Shown here: positions 1-13,200 of the stretch, one piece after another
Numbering within the stretch: the first letter of the stretch is position 1
How the letters are laid out: each line of letters opens with the position of its first letter
DNA from: Rhizaria sp. SCN 62-66
Taxonomy: Eukaryota
DNA length: 56,861 bases
Assembly: GCA_001724265.1 (NCBI GenBank)
Contig: MEDY01000172.1
Coordinates: forward strand, 1-56,861
Direction of reading: 5' to 3'
Translations under genes and position numbers: made by a program
The notes under the pieces: model-generated
Told to the model about the DNA's origin: nothing
Databases searched by the model: none
What the model saw: the letters and a program-made list of their open reading frames with translations, nothing else

Positions 1-2259
1 GAGTGGTGGGATGCTAACGCGGACGGTGTGGGTGGCAAGTGGAGCACTACGGGTTGCAAGCTTGCCTCTGTCTCGAGCACTAATACCACGACGACGTGCC
101 AGTGCACGCACCTGACTCTGTTCCGCGTCCGACTTGACTTCAATAACTTCCTACCCAGGTTTAACACGCTTTCCGCGGGTGACTTCAAGAACCTTACATG
201 GGCCAACATCCAGGCACACCCGCTTCCACTCATCACATGCGCTGTTTGGTTTGTGGCCTATCTGATCTTTGCGTTTATTGCGGCACTCATTGACCGCCGC
301 AAGGACGCGCGCGCGCTGCGCCACTACCACGGCGAGTGGAGCGACCCGCAGCGCAAGCAGTGGGACGCCGTTACGGGCGACACGTCAGCCTCGCTGCCGA
401 CGTCAGCGATGCTCAACCCCGACGCTGGCGTCGAGAGGATGGCCTTCACTGAGCGCTGGATTGATTTTTCGCGCCACTTGCTCAAGCACGACCATCTCTG
501 GCTCTCTGTCGTGTTGCGTTATGACACCAACGCGTTCTCTTCTGTTGGCCGCATCACGGCGGGCTTTGTGCTCGTGCTCACGGGCTACATGATCAACGCG
601 CTGTTCTTCGGCAGTGCTGACGGCAGCGTTGGCTTTAGCACCATCGTCACCTCAGTCATCTCTGCCGCCATTCTCATCCCTGTCGGTGTGCTCATTAGTC
701 TGCTCTTCGGTCGCTCGCAGCAGGGCCGTCTCAAGTCGGCGATCTACGGCTACGCGGAGCACGTGGCGCAGCTGCAGTACACGAACCGCATCAGCGAGCC
801 GTAGTACGCGACGCGCAACGAGCACCGCATGAAGCGCAACCCGGTTGTCAGCGACGAAGACGAGCGCGTTCTGCTGCATTCAATTGCGCAGGCCGGCGGC
901 TGGACTCATGGTCCTGGCAACTCTTTGATCCCTGAGAACGCGCGCGGTGTCCGTGACGAGCGCGAATTGCGCAACCAGTTACGGCTGCTCGTGCACATCG
1001 ACTATGATCTGTTCATGGTCTGGTTCCGCGTGTCGTGGTCTTTCCCGCTCGGTCTCCGTCTCTTTGGCTTTGTGCTGCTATGGATTTATGTTATCGTTCT
1101 TGCGCTACTGATCATTGTGTACGGTATTCAGCTTGACATGAACAACAGCGACAACACCAAGCAGTGGCTTCAGGCTTCTGCGATCTCGAACGTCATTGAG
1201 ATCTTTGCCATGAAGCCAGTCAGTATCTGCCTGAAGGCATTTGTCTTGCTGATAATATCATTCTGCTTCTGCAACGGCAAGCCTAAGGGCCTGGCATCCA
1301 AGTCCACTCCCGATGACAACTTGACTGTGTACAACGCAATCGAGACGTTCGCAGCTTCTGGTGCTGGCAAGGGCCATAAACACGTCGCGACTGATCTTGC
1401 GCTGGACATCACGCCTGAGCGCGGCACCGAAGTTGCTGTTGTTGGCGCTGGCTTTATTGCTGCCAATGGCGATTACGATGACGCTAATTATGCTGCGCTC
1501 CAGAATTCTAGCTCCACTTTTAACATTAACGGATGTGACAACGGCAGCAGTGGCAGGCGCAACGGCGCGGTGCCTAATTCGGTTGAGATGATACCTCTAG
1601 GCAGCTCCACGAAGTACGAAGCAGTGCATTCGGCCCCGTCGTCCCCTGCCCCCCAGCTGCGCTTCACCGGCTCCGCGCTGCCTGCGGCTCCGGTGGCATA
1701 CGCTGGTAACGACGACTATTACAACCACACGGGCGCTGATACGTGCGACTACACCACTGGGAACTACGACAACAACGGCTATAGCAAGACCGGCGATGAT
1801 TGGAATACGACTAAACCCCATGAGACGAAGTCTGCGTCTGCTACTGCCGCTGACATGTCTCCTGCATTTCCGGCTGCTGCCACGCACCCGCATTCTACGC
1901 CCCCGCCGCCACCGCTGCCGCCAACCCACAACGTCACTGCTGGTATCTCACCCCCTGCACGTCTTGCCGTGCCTCCACCGCCGCAGTCCGCATTGCACAC
2001 CACGCACCGCGGCGAGACGGACACGCTGCCCCCAGGCCAGGTGCCGGTCGTCCCGGCCGTGCCCGCGCCCAGCGGCGGCGTGCCCGTGATGGGGACGCGC
2101 TCCGCACTGGCGTACCAGCAGCGCGATGCCTCCGCTTCCGTGAGTAACAATGGCAACCAGGGCGCTGCGGGTAACGCTAGCGTGCAGTCGTCGCTGCGGG
2201 TGCCGATGCCGCTGCCGAGCCACATCAAGCCTGAGTATCACTCTCCGGATCAGCAGTAA
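1..2259 (+). CDS. Polycystin-1 (PKD1)-like GPS/GAIN multi-pass membrane protein, 5' partial; contains in-frame TAG at 802-804
   Basis: Frame 1 is open from base 1. GPS motif WWD...WSTTGC...CQCTHLTLF, then a TM segment, then the PKD1-like segment HLWLSVV...FSSVGRIT...INALFFG. ORFs 28..804 and 829..2259 are in the same frame and separated only by TAG followed by 8 GC-rich codons. Further TM segments and a Pro-rich tail follow; ends TAA. Confidence 0.75.
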
Positions 2260-3634
2260 CGCCACTCAGTTGCGTTCGTGTGTATCCTTTGTGTTTCTTT
2301 TTGTCTGTCGCTGTGTCACAGGATCTATTTATTTTTTTGTTGTTGCACTCTTTCATTTCATTATTTCGTTTTTGCTACGTAACACGGTTGTGTTCTCATT
2401 CCTCGGCCGCCAGCACATAAGACTTATCAACAATAAGCTCTCGGACCACATCGATCATTGGGTGGGCAATTGTCGTAGCCAATATGAAAACATCTACAAA
2501 CCACGCTTGTTGTTCATTGCTACACGTTGTATTTGTCAGTGACAGTTGGCTACTGCAATCGTCTACGGTGTTGTCGACGCAGTTGTGATATTGGTACACA
2601 TTCAATGTGTGCCATTAATGGCAAGTCTATGCTCATTTTCTTTCTTTTATTGCTTTTGCATTTGTTGGTGATGTTGTCACGAACGGCTCACTTACATCAT
2701 TGTGCGCATGCAACGCAGATTCTTTGCTGTGCGTCCTGATCGATGTTGTTAGCAAGAAATGCTGACGTTAGGTCTTCATTTTTTTATACCGTCTTCCAAA
2801 CGCTTACTCGCACGTGTACATGTGTACACATGTAGTTTTAAAAATGCTCATTCATTTTCATTGTCTTGCCTTGTAAGTGTATGGGGCCATACAACACAGA
2901 TATGTGGTGAAAGATCACTAATACATTTGTACGTACAAACAATTTACAAAAATCAACTGCCCAATGCTAGTTGCTCCTCTCCGCGTAGTAACCAATGGTA
3001 AGAATGTGGTTCACATGTACGAGACATGTACTACTTCTGAAACCGTCAGAGGAATATCAAGTGTTACTAAGGATATCAAAACTGTGAAACATGAGACACC
3101 ACGGAGGATAAAACACTCCCTAACCTTCTGTTATTTTGATTGCAGACGGCCACTTTGCGATCCAATGACGCCTTCAATAAGCTTATGAATAATGCTACTA
3201 ACATGAATTATTTCATGTCAGTAGCAAGTTGTAAAGCTTTTTAAGTTCGAGATCAACACGCCACATTTGAGTGAAAACAATCAAGGATAGCTGCATCAAG
3301 ACTGAAACGCACGTCAACGTATATGACTGTAATATGCAAGCAGCACAAACGCAATTTTAACTCCGGAACCTATTACATGGAAGATAAATCAACTTGTTAT
3401 GTATTGCCAGCATCGACGCTTTTGGTTTGTGGTGGCTTACAGACAGGCTTCTCGGACCAATTCCGCACGTCGCTACTCGCACTATTCCGTCATAATCAGT
3501 CGGCTAAATAGTGATGGCGTTTCTCGACATATGCCCATCGATATAAATTTATTGTGGTATGCTGTAAACCTAACATGAACCTGTCTATTTTCCTCTTTCC
3601 GTGCGCACTGCTTCACTCTTGACTCTCGCAGTTC

Positions 3635-6531
3635 ATGAACCAGTGTGCGCCTGCCCCCAGCGAGGCGTTACACTCTCTGGAAAGCCTTATAGCAGAGTAC
3701 ATTGCCTCTTCCAGCGCGCTCGTTGCGGCTGGATGCCGTCGCAACGAGTTTGTGTACGACTTCACCAAGTTTTGCACCGCTGTCGAGCAGTGGAAGCAGC
3801 GCCACGCCCCAGCTGCGTTCCCCGCCGTTTCCGCTGCTACAGCACCTGCAGTCGCTGCCCCTATCGTTGCTGTTCCTACGGCATCAGTGCCTCTTTCTAA
3901 CTTTGCCTGCGCCGCGTCGACCTCCCTACTCGAGGCCACTTTGGGCCTGCCCGCGTCGCCGCTGCCGCCCGCCCTCGCCGCTGCTCTCCCCGTCCCCGTC
4001 TTCGTCACCTCTGCCTCGAGCACCTGCGCAAGCAACAGCACTGGCAGTGACGCGCATGAGCTGGTCCCGTTGTTGCTCCCCGTCACGGCCACGCTTGCAG
4101 TCCCCGCGCCCGCGCTGATCTCGCTGCTGCTCGACGCTGACGCCCAATGCCCCGACACTAACTCAGCTGCTGCCGCCGCGACGACAACCGGCGCGAGCGG
4201 TGCCGTCGTCGTAGTCACCCGCGCCTCGCTGCTGGCCTCGCGCTCGTGCAACCGCAAGGACGCGCTGTGCACGCTACCCTTTGCCGCGCAGCTCTTCGGG
4301 CTCGTCCGCCGCCGCGCGCTCGCGAGCAGCAGCTCGACCGCCGCGGCCGCTGCATGTGCGGGGACAGGTGCAGGGGCCAAAGTGGGTGCGGAGGAGACCG
4401 AGGCTGCCGTAATCGCATGGCTCACGAGCACTGGCATCTGCGTCCCAGCCACTGCTGCAGCGACTGCGGCTGAGAGCGCGACTGAGCGTGCGACTGAGAG
4501 TCTCGCGGTCCAATGGGCGCGCACCGTCGCGGCCGCGGCTGCCGCCGTCGCCGCCGCCACCGCGGCTGCCGTCACCGCTGCGGCGGGCGTTGGTGAGGCT
4601 GCGGCGACCACCAGCGCCGCGATGTGCGCGGCCGCCGCGTTCGCACGCCACGCCTCGATCGTGTTCGAGGGCACCGCAGCACTGGCCGTCGTGCCCGTCG
4701 CCGGCTCCGCCCTCGCCACCGCCCCCCCCAAGGGGCGCCACCACGTCACGGCCACCGTCGCCTCCCTCACCGCTCTCGAGGACAGCACCAGCGCCGGCAG
4801 CGGCGCCGGCGCGAAGACCGGCACCGGCGCGAATGCGAGTGCGAGCGAGAGCGGCAGGGGCGCGCGGTCCCCCAGTGCGCCCGGCGTCAAGCGCGCCAAG
4901 ACCGCGACTCAAAGTACCGAGGTGGGGGCGGCCCAGGGTGACGAGGCTGGGGCGGGGGCTGGCAACAACGGCGAGATCGACGCCGAGCTCTTTTGGGCCG
5001 GGTCGTCGTGGAAGGAGGCCAAGGCTCGCACTCTCGCCAAAAGCGCTGCTGCAACAGGCGACAACGACGGGGACGACGTGGCGATGACTGCGGCCGGTGG
5101 AAATGGCCCGGTTGCGCACTCACGTCACTGTGTCGCGCCGGACACCTGGCCTCAGACCCCTCAGGTACGCAAATACCTTTTAGAACGCCAATTTTCAAAG
5201 TTGATGTCAAAGTTATCGTTTTATATGTTTTTTCTTCAAGTTCTTACTTCTCCATTTGTCATGTTTTATTGTTCCAGAAATACCTGTTCGACACGATCGG
5301 CTACATGGATTCGTGCTACAAGCTCAAGTACGGCACGCCGCGCCAGGGCACCGTTGTGCCCGCGTCGCGCGCGCACCTGGTGCTGAACGCGCCCCTTTCG
5401 GCCGAGAGCGTCGACGGGCTGGCCGAGTACTCCCACTGCTGGATCGTCTTCGTGTTCCATTCCAATACCAACAAGCGCTTCCACCCCAAGGTGCAGCCGC
5501 CGCGGCTTGGCGGCGTCAAGGTTGGCTGCCTCGCCACGCGCACCCCGCACCGTTGGAACGACATCGGGCTCTCGATGGTAAAGCTGGAGAGCATCGACAT
5601 CCCCGTGCCCACGGTCACGGCGCCCACGGTCGTCTCCACGACGCGCGCGGGCGTCACGGTGCGCCACGTCCCGGGCCCGCTGCACCTGCACTCGCCGCTG
5701 CCGGGAGTCGCCAATCCCGCGGCGCCGCTGCCCGGCTGCGTGCGCCTCACCTTCTCCGGCGTGGACCTCGTCGACGGCACGCCCGTGCTCGACGTCAAGC
5801 CGTACCACCCCTCGGACGCCGTCGCGCCCACCGCGCTGACGCTCCCGCGCTGGCTCGCCGAGGCGCCGCTGGCCGCACTCACCGTCACCGTGCGTCCCCG
5901 CGCGCTGGCGCAGCTGGAGAAGATCTTCGCCGCGCACTACCGCGCGCGGGACAGCTCCTTGCCGGCCACTGCGAGCTATGGCGACATCGTCGCGCTCTAC
6001 GCTAGCAAGAGCAAACCCGCTACCGCCGAAGGCGCGCGCGACGCTGCGGCCACCTCCGACGGCACCGCCGCCGTCGCCGCCGCGCTGGGCTCGCCGCTGA
6101 CCTTCTACCCGACCGTGGCAACCGCTGTGGAGGCCATGTCGCAGACGCTGTCGATGGACCCGCGGCCGCTGTGCACCAAGAAGCGCCACGAGCAGGGCAT
6201 CTACGGCTTCGTCTACGACCGTCTCAACGTCATTTACACCATGACGGGCGAGAAGGCCGCCGAGATCGCGATGATCGAGTTCCGCCCCGAGAGCGCCGCC
6301 GCCGCGGCCGCCGCGTTTGTCGGCGGCGCGGCGCCGCAGGGGGCCGCTGCGTCGGCCGCGGCGGGTCAGACAGACGGCAAGAGGGCGGTAGCAGCTGGTC
6401 AGAAGCAGCAGCAAGCGATGGGCGATGCTGATGACGGTGATGGTGGCGACGAGGATGCTGTCGAAAGTGCGAAGATGAACAAGGAAATGTGGCTTGAGAA
6501 GGTCCGTGCGCGGCTGCAACGTGATGATTGA
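3635..6531 (+). CDS. TRMO: tRNA (adenine37-N6)-methyltransferase TrmO/TsaA with a long Ala-rich N-terminal extension
   Basis: Exons 3635-5164 and 5278-6531, joined by a phase-0 intron GTACGC...TTCCAG (5165-5277). TsaA motifs GTPRQG, GLAEYSHCWIVFVFH, PPRLGG..VG.LATRTPHR, GVDLVDGTPVLDVKPY, DPRP. Ends TGA. N-terminal start less certain. Confidence 0.85.
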
Positions 6532-6980
6532 GCAAGCTCGCAATGCGTTCAGTCACTGGGAATGTGTATTATTCTGACAGAAGGGTCGGACGATTCTTGT
6601 TTCTGCCTAGTTATTATTTAGCTCATGAGACTGGGTCAAAAACACAAACCAATCTTGTGTACTATACACATTAACAATTCACTTAGCTTCTTCATATCAG
6701 CGCATTGCTTTACATCCTTCATATCGGATTCATAGTCACCGGTACACATGCATATCGCTCTACGAGCTATCACTCTCTGAGCACAATGTGTACGTCTTTT
6801 CATACAGATCCAATTCTCATGATCCAGATTTATAAATGATTGCTTGATGTATTTTAAAGCTTAAAACAAGCTTCACCCTTGTTCACCAGAATGTGTTCTA
6901 TATAACGCTTCATTTGGCATACCATAAGCACACACCGGCCTTCATATATTCAATCTTCCGACTTCATTTCACTGTTAGCA

Positions 6981-8122
6981 TCACTTCATCTTACTAATCT
7001 CCTCCAGCTGCTTATCCGTGAACATAATCTTCGCCGCCGCCGCCGGATCCGAGAGATACTCGACGCACCGCCCCGGCACGCGCACCAGCTGGGACAGCAC
7101 CTTGGTCACCTGTCCCGGTGGTCCGTCCGGCGACGTCTTGCGCACCCGCAGCTCGTACGCGTCCATCTCGCGGCTCAGGTCCTCGCCGGACCGCGGATCA
7201 AGCCCTGGGATGGCGAGCTCGGACCACGCCGCAGCCGCCGCGGCCCAAGCGTCGAGACAGCTCTGCAGGCCCGTGATCTCAGCTACCAGGAAGCTGTGCT
7301 GCCGCATGCACTTCTCATGGCTCGACGGGGGGTTCTCAAACCCGCTCGCAGTCACCGTCGTCGCGGACGCGTCAGCCGCAGGCGGCTTAGTCTCCGCGCG
7401 GCCAGTCGCGGTGGCAGAACCATGCTGCGAGTGCTTCGCGCCATCGTCGTCGTTGTCGCCACCAGCCGCAAACCCAAGACCGCCGCCGACATCAACGCCC
7501 GTCGCAGTTGCGGCAGCGACCGCGGCGGCCGCAGCGTCCGACGCGCTGAATAACTCGTCGTCGCTCTCCGCCGTCGCAGCGCCATCGCCATCAGTTTCGT
7601 GTGCCGCCGCCGCCGCCGCCGCGGTCCCAGCGGTCCCAGCGGCGATCGCGCGCGCCGCAAGTGCGGCCTGGTAACGCAGTGTCTTGATCGCGGCCATCGA
7701 CCCCGAGCCGGGTAGGTGGCCGTTGGTGGGCCGCGCAGGGCCGCCGCAGAGGTAGCTGAGCGACGGCAGCGCCAGCGTGGCCTGGTGGACGCACGGGCTC
7801 ACGGGGGTCAGCGGCGAGAGCGAGGTCTCTGTGAACAGGATATCGTCGTACGACACGTCGTCATCGTCGTAGCTCGCACTGCCAGCGGCGCCCTTGCGGC
7901 CCTTGCTGGGCTTAGGGTTGGCGTCCGTGCTGGGGTCGATGGCGGCGGCAATGGCGGCGGGCGACATATCGAGCGCCTGCGCGTACTCGTCGTCGGTGCG
8001 GCACGAGATGAGCAGGCGCACGGAGCGTCTGACGATCTCGCCAGAACCAACGCCAGCGCCAACACTCACGCTCGCACTGGAGCCGGCGCCCGCCGCGGCA
8101 TTGCCGCCGCCGCGAGCGTGCG

Positions 8123-8155
<33 letters not shown>

Positions 8156-8657
8156 CTTTGAGGGATTGCTGCTCCCCGAGAGGCGCCAGCGACGCGACGA
8201 GCTCCTTGACCTTAGCGTCGGCCGCGCGCGCACTGCCTGCCGCGTCGCCGTCCGCCCCCGCCGCGCCGGCGCCGGCGGAGACCGGCTGCGGCGTGTAGGT
8301 GGCGTCGCATTGCGCGCCGTCGGTGAAGAGCATCATGAGGTGTCCGTCCTCGCCAGCGTGCCATTGCTGCCATAGCCCCAGCACGGTCACGCGCTCGCGC
8401 CCGGCGTCGAACACGGTCACGTTGCGGAATAGACACACGTGCGCCGTCAGCGGGCCCGACGCCTTGGGCAGGCAGCGGCGGCTGAACAGCGCCCAGTCGC
8501 CGTGCAGCGCGCCGGGCGCCAGCGGGCCGTTGTCGACAGGCGGGTTCGCTGGCGGCGGCAACGCGCGCAGCGCCACAGGCGCCAGCGGGTCCTCCTTCAC
8601 GGCGCTGGCGCCGCCGCCGACGCTAGCGTAACTGCTACCGTGCTTGTTATTATTATT

Positions 8658-8690
<33 letters not shown>

Positions 8691-9503
8691 GCTGGCGTCA
8701 AGGTAGGTCGGGGTAGGGTGCGACGCTGGGGGCACCGGCGACGACGATGCCAGACCAGCAAACGCGCCGGGCGCCTCGCCGGGCATCAGCGGCGCGTCCC
8801 CGGTCCACGGGGCTGCGCCCTCAGCAGCCGCATTGGCGGCTGCGGCCGCAGTGGCGGCGGCGCCGTGCGACGGCGCGAGCGCGGAGGCGGGGACGCTGTT
8901 CCAGCCCGAGTAGTCGGTGTTGACCTTGATGTGGTGCGTGCGGCGCGGCGCAGCGGCGGCGCGGAACGCGGCGGCCATCGCGGCGTGGTACGCCGCCATC
9001 GCGCTCTTGGTGGCGCCGATATCGGCGCTAGAGCTTGGTGAGGCCTTCTTGGACTCGGTTGTGGGCTCAGTCAAAGATCCTGTTGCTGTTGCAATCGTTG
9101 ATGTTGCCCGAGGTGCAGAATCAGCATTCTTTGAGACAGCAGCAGTAAGCGCAGCAACAGCAGCGGGGTCGGATGCAAAGAGAGTACTGGCATCTGTGGA
9201 AACAGCATGGGGGGCAACAGCAGGCACAGGCGCAGGGGCACCAGGAACAGAAGAGGCAGTGCCAGCACTCGCATCGATGCCAGCATGATCGGCAACAGTT
9301 GTGGCGGTTGCAGTAGCGGCAGTCGTGGTAACGCTCTCCGTTACATCGTCAATTTTGTGGTTCGGGTCTTTGCTGATTTCGCTCTCGCTGGTGCTGCTGA
9401 AATGACTAGTACTGACAGAGGAAGCAAGGACGAGTGTAGGAGCGAAGGTGCAGCAGAGAGCGGCGAGAGCGAGCACCAGCAAACGCAAGGCAGAGCCCCC
9501 CAT
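6981..9503 (-). CDS. Secreted/luminal MRH (mannose-6-phosphate receptor homology) domain protein, GNPTG/PRKCSH-like, with low-complexity inserts
   Basis: N-terminal signal peptide. Motifs CLFRNVT...LGLWQQW...MLFTDGAQC...RRSVRLLISC...SPCVHQATLALP line up by eye with GNPTG CPFHNVT...LGIWHEW...MRDGDAC...RQSKVELAC...STCVYALTFETP. Poly-N and poly-Q tracts. Ends TGA. Confidence 0.65.
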
Positions 9504-10273
9504 TGTGCAGCGGGGTAGCAGTGTGGTTCAGCAGCAGCACCGTTGCAATGAAGCAAAATGTGATGCAGAGTCGTATCAAGATAGGCAGATGTGAACCTAC
9601 GAACTAATGAGAGAAAGGAGAGTGACAGAAAGAGTGAGCTTGGAGTCATAACATCGAAATGGAAGCATATAATAAAGGATAATTAGCAAACATGCGTATT
9701 TATATCTTATATCTAGCGGGTATAACCTGTGACGGATTCTTGGTAGTGGGCGCTGTTGTGCCGATTGCTGTACCCCCCTCGGCCGCCAGACAAGTAAGGC
9801 AAGGCCATAATGACTGGAAAACGGAATATCAAGCATACCCACGGGATATTAACATATATTGGAAATTTAGCCAAGTTTCCAAGATTACGGAGTTAAAAGT
9901 ACGCAAGTTGACCCCAATATTATAAACAGAAAAGCATAAAACAAACCGAAAACGTGTTTAATACCATTTGAATTCGGTTGAGGAAGATTTCATCGCCCAA
10001 ACAGTCCAAACACGAAAGCAAGAGAGCGCTGTCGGTCGATCGATGGGCACTGGCGCGCGACAGCAAGAAGGCGGAGCGAGAAGGAGGCGGTCCGGCGAGC
10101 TGCTTCGAAACAAAGCATACCACGCGATGGGCGTCGTCTTTATGATATGAATGTCACTTTGTCTGCTGCATTTACTTTGCTTTATATTTGTGTTTAGTTC
10201 CGTTTGCTTAAAATTGCTCCTACCGCGCTCATTTTCTCCGTCAATCTCACTTGCCCGCTTGCGCCTTGCCCAG

Positions 10274-13200
10274 ATGTCGGCTGTGAGCGTTTCCGCCGGC
10301 GCGCCCGGCGCCAGTGGCGACGCTGCGGCGTCACACAAGGCCAACGCTGCCTTCTCGAAGGCCGAGTCCCTCTGTCAGGAGGAGATGTATGAGGAGGCCA
10401 TTGTCGCCTACAACGAGTGTCTCAGTCTGGTACGCCGCTCGCCTTTTCGCCATCGCCCTTTGCCTGCCACCTTTCAACGCGCGCCAACATGTTTGTGTGT
10501 TGTCATAACTGCGTTGAATTGATGTATATATCTTGTTCTTGTCCCTGCTCACATTCATCACCGTTCCGCGCTTGCTCACTTTTTGTGCTACAGTCCAACA
10601 ACAAGCACTCTGACGCGCTCACCAACCTCGGTTGTCTCTATGTTGAGGGCCTCGGCGTTGAACAAGACCCCGACCGCGCTACTGAACTCTTCGACGACGC
10701 CATCGCGCTTAACAACTCGCGCGCGATGGGTTTTAAGGCTATGTTGATCGAGCAGGAAGGTGGCGACTCGTACGATGTGTATAAACTCTACGAGCGCGCC
10801 GCCGCGCTCGGCGATATTGAGGGCCTGAACCAGCAGGCGTACATGTTGCACATGGGCCAGGGCGTGCCCAAGAACTTTGTGCGCGCGCTTAAGTGCTATA
10901 CTGAGGCCGCCGAGCGCGGGTCCGCCGACGCGCAGTACAACCTGGGCGCGCTGCACCAGCAGGGCGAACCCGCGGACCCCGAAGATGAGTCTGGCGGATT
11001 CCTCGCTAAGGACGACAGCAAGGCCTTCAAGTGGTATGAGATGGCCGCCGAGCAGGGTCACGCAGGATCGCTGTTTGCGCTGGGGCAGATGTACAAGGAC
11101 GGCTCCGTCGGCGTGAACCAGGACTATACACAGGCGATGCAGTGCTTCCAGGCCGCAGCCGAGGGTGGCGACCTGGACGGTATGACTGAGCTCGGATGCA
11201 TGTATAAGGATGGTTTGGGCGTTGAGCAGGACTACCACGCTGCTGCCGAGTGGCTGCTGCAAGCCGCCGATCAGGTACGTGTCAGAATTTTGCTGTCAGC
11301 TCATCATCCATCCGCTTTTTTGTTTTAAGTCGTTTTGCACTTGGAACGATTTGTTGTATGATTACTCGTCATGATATGGAATTAAAATTGATTTACATTT
11401 TTAATATATGCGATTGCGTGTATCTTCTCTTTGTATATTGACTTTGTTTTTTAAACCGCTCACCTTGTTTGTATCAATCTTGATTGTTTTATATCTGCTC
11501 GCGATGCAGGGCCACGCCGATGCCATGATGGAGCTGGCACCGATGTACAAGAACGGTCAGGGTGTTGACGCTGACCCCCAGATGTGCATGAAGTACCTCT
11601 CCTCCGCCGCGCAGGCCGGCCACCCCGCTGCCCAGCGCTTCGTGGCGCGCCTGCAGACGGTCATGGCCGCTGCGGCCTCTGGCGGCAACATTGAGGACGC
11701 CCTCAAGGCCATCGAGGCCGGCGAGATGGAGCAGACGGAGCGCGGTGCCACGCGCCGCGGCGTCATGTCGAGCATGGCGTCGGGCAAGGCGAGCAAGTTC
11801 GGCTCCCGCATCATGTCCCGCGTCGCGTCGGGCATGCACACGCCCAGACTGCGTCCTGTGCCTGACGACGGCGCTGCGGAGGCCGAGGCCGCGCGGCTCG
11901 CCGCAGAGGAGGCTGCAGAGGAGGCCCGCCGCAAGGCCGAGGAGGAGGCGCGCCTCAAGGCTGAGGAAGAGGCCCGCCTCAAGGCGGAGGCCGAGGCGGA
12001 GGCCGCTCGCCTGGCCGCCGAAGCCGAGGCCGAGGTTGCGCGCAAGAAGGCCGAGGATGAGGCGGCGGAGGCCGCGCGCTTGGCTGCCGAGGCCGAAGCT
12101 GAGGCGGCCCGCAAGAAGGCCGAGGAGGAGGCGGAGGTTGCGCGCCAGGCCGCGGAGGCCGAGGCTGCGCGCATTCGCGCTGAGGCCGAGGCTGAGGCGG
12201 AGGCTGCGCGTCTCAAGGCTGAGGCGAAGGCCGAGGCTGCGCGCTTGGCCGCGGAGGCCGAGGCGGAGGCCGCGCGCATCAAGGCTGAGGAAGAAGCTGA
12301 GGCTGCGCGAATTAAAGCCGAGGAGGAGGCGGAGGCTGCTCGTCTTAAGGCCGAGGCTGAGGCCGCTGCTGAGGCCGCCCGGCTCCAAGCGGAGGCGGAT
12401 GCCGCTGCCGCCGCCGCCGAGGCCAAGGCCGCCGCCGAGGCTGCCGAGGCCGAGGCAGCGCGTGTAAAGGCCGAGGCCGACGCCGCCGCCGCCGCTGCTG
12501 CCGCCGCAGCTGCCGAGGCCGCCCGCAAGAAGGCCGAAGAGGAGGCTGCCGCTGCCGCCGAGGCCCTCCGTCTCAAGCTTGAGGCCGAGGACGCGGCGCG
12601 CAAGCAGAAGCTGGCTGACGAGGAGGCAGCTCGTAAGAAGCGCGCCGAGGAGGAGGCCGCCGCCCGCGAGCGCAAGGCCCAAGAGGAGGCCGAGGCGCGT
12701 CGCAAGCGCGCTGAGGAGGAGGCCGCTGCGCGCAAGAAGAAGGCCGAGGAGGAGGAGGCCGCGCGTCAACAGCGCCTGGCCGAGGCCGAGGCGGCGCGCA
12801 AGAAGAAGCTCGAGGAGGACGCTGCGGCGGCCGCCGCCGCCGCCGCGGAGCGAATCGCAGCGGCCGAGGCGGCGCGCAAGAAGGCCGAGGAGGAGGCGGC
12901 CGAGGCGGCGCGGCGGTGCGCGGAGATCGAGGCCGCCGACGCCGCGCGGCGCGAGGCCGAGGCCGCGGCGGAGGCGGCGCGCATCAAGGCCGAGGAGGAG
13001 GCCGAGGCCGCGCGTCTGAAGGCCGAAGAAGAGGCCGAGGCCGCCCGCATCGCTGCCGAGGAGGCTGCTGAGGCCGCGCGTCTTAAGGCCGAGGAAGAAG
13101 CGGAGGCTGCCCGCGTCGCTGCCGAGGAGGAGGCCGAGGCTGCCCGTATTAAGGCTGAAGAGGAAGCTGAGGCCGCGCGTCTGAAGGCAGAGGAAGAGGC

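Noticed and set aside
802-804. Pyrrolysine or programmed leaky readthrough as the explanation for TAG
   Set aside because: Pyrrolysine is not known in eukaryotic nuclei. The seven sites share no downstream context (TAC, CCG, CGC, TCC, CTC, GAC, CGC), occur in unrelated proteins, and TAG is never used as a terminator here.
777-830. GTACAC at 777 or GTACGC at 804 as donors removing the first TAG
   Set aside because: 777-804 is 28 nt and would shift the frame. Sequence after 804 is GC-rich and in frame, with no AT-rich intron body or acceptor tract.
2260-3600. Short ORFs in AT-rich spacers (also 14430-16050, 30210-31050, 47630-48480)
   Set aside because: Composition matches UTR or intergenic DNA, with no coding-type codon bias or recognisable motifs. 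No tRNA or rRNA gene was recognised anywhere in the window.
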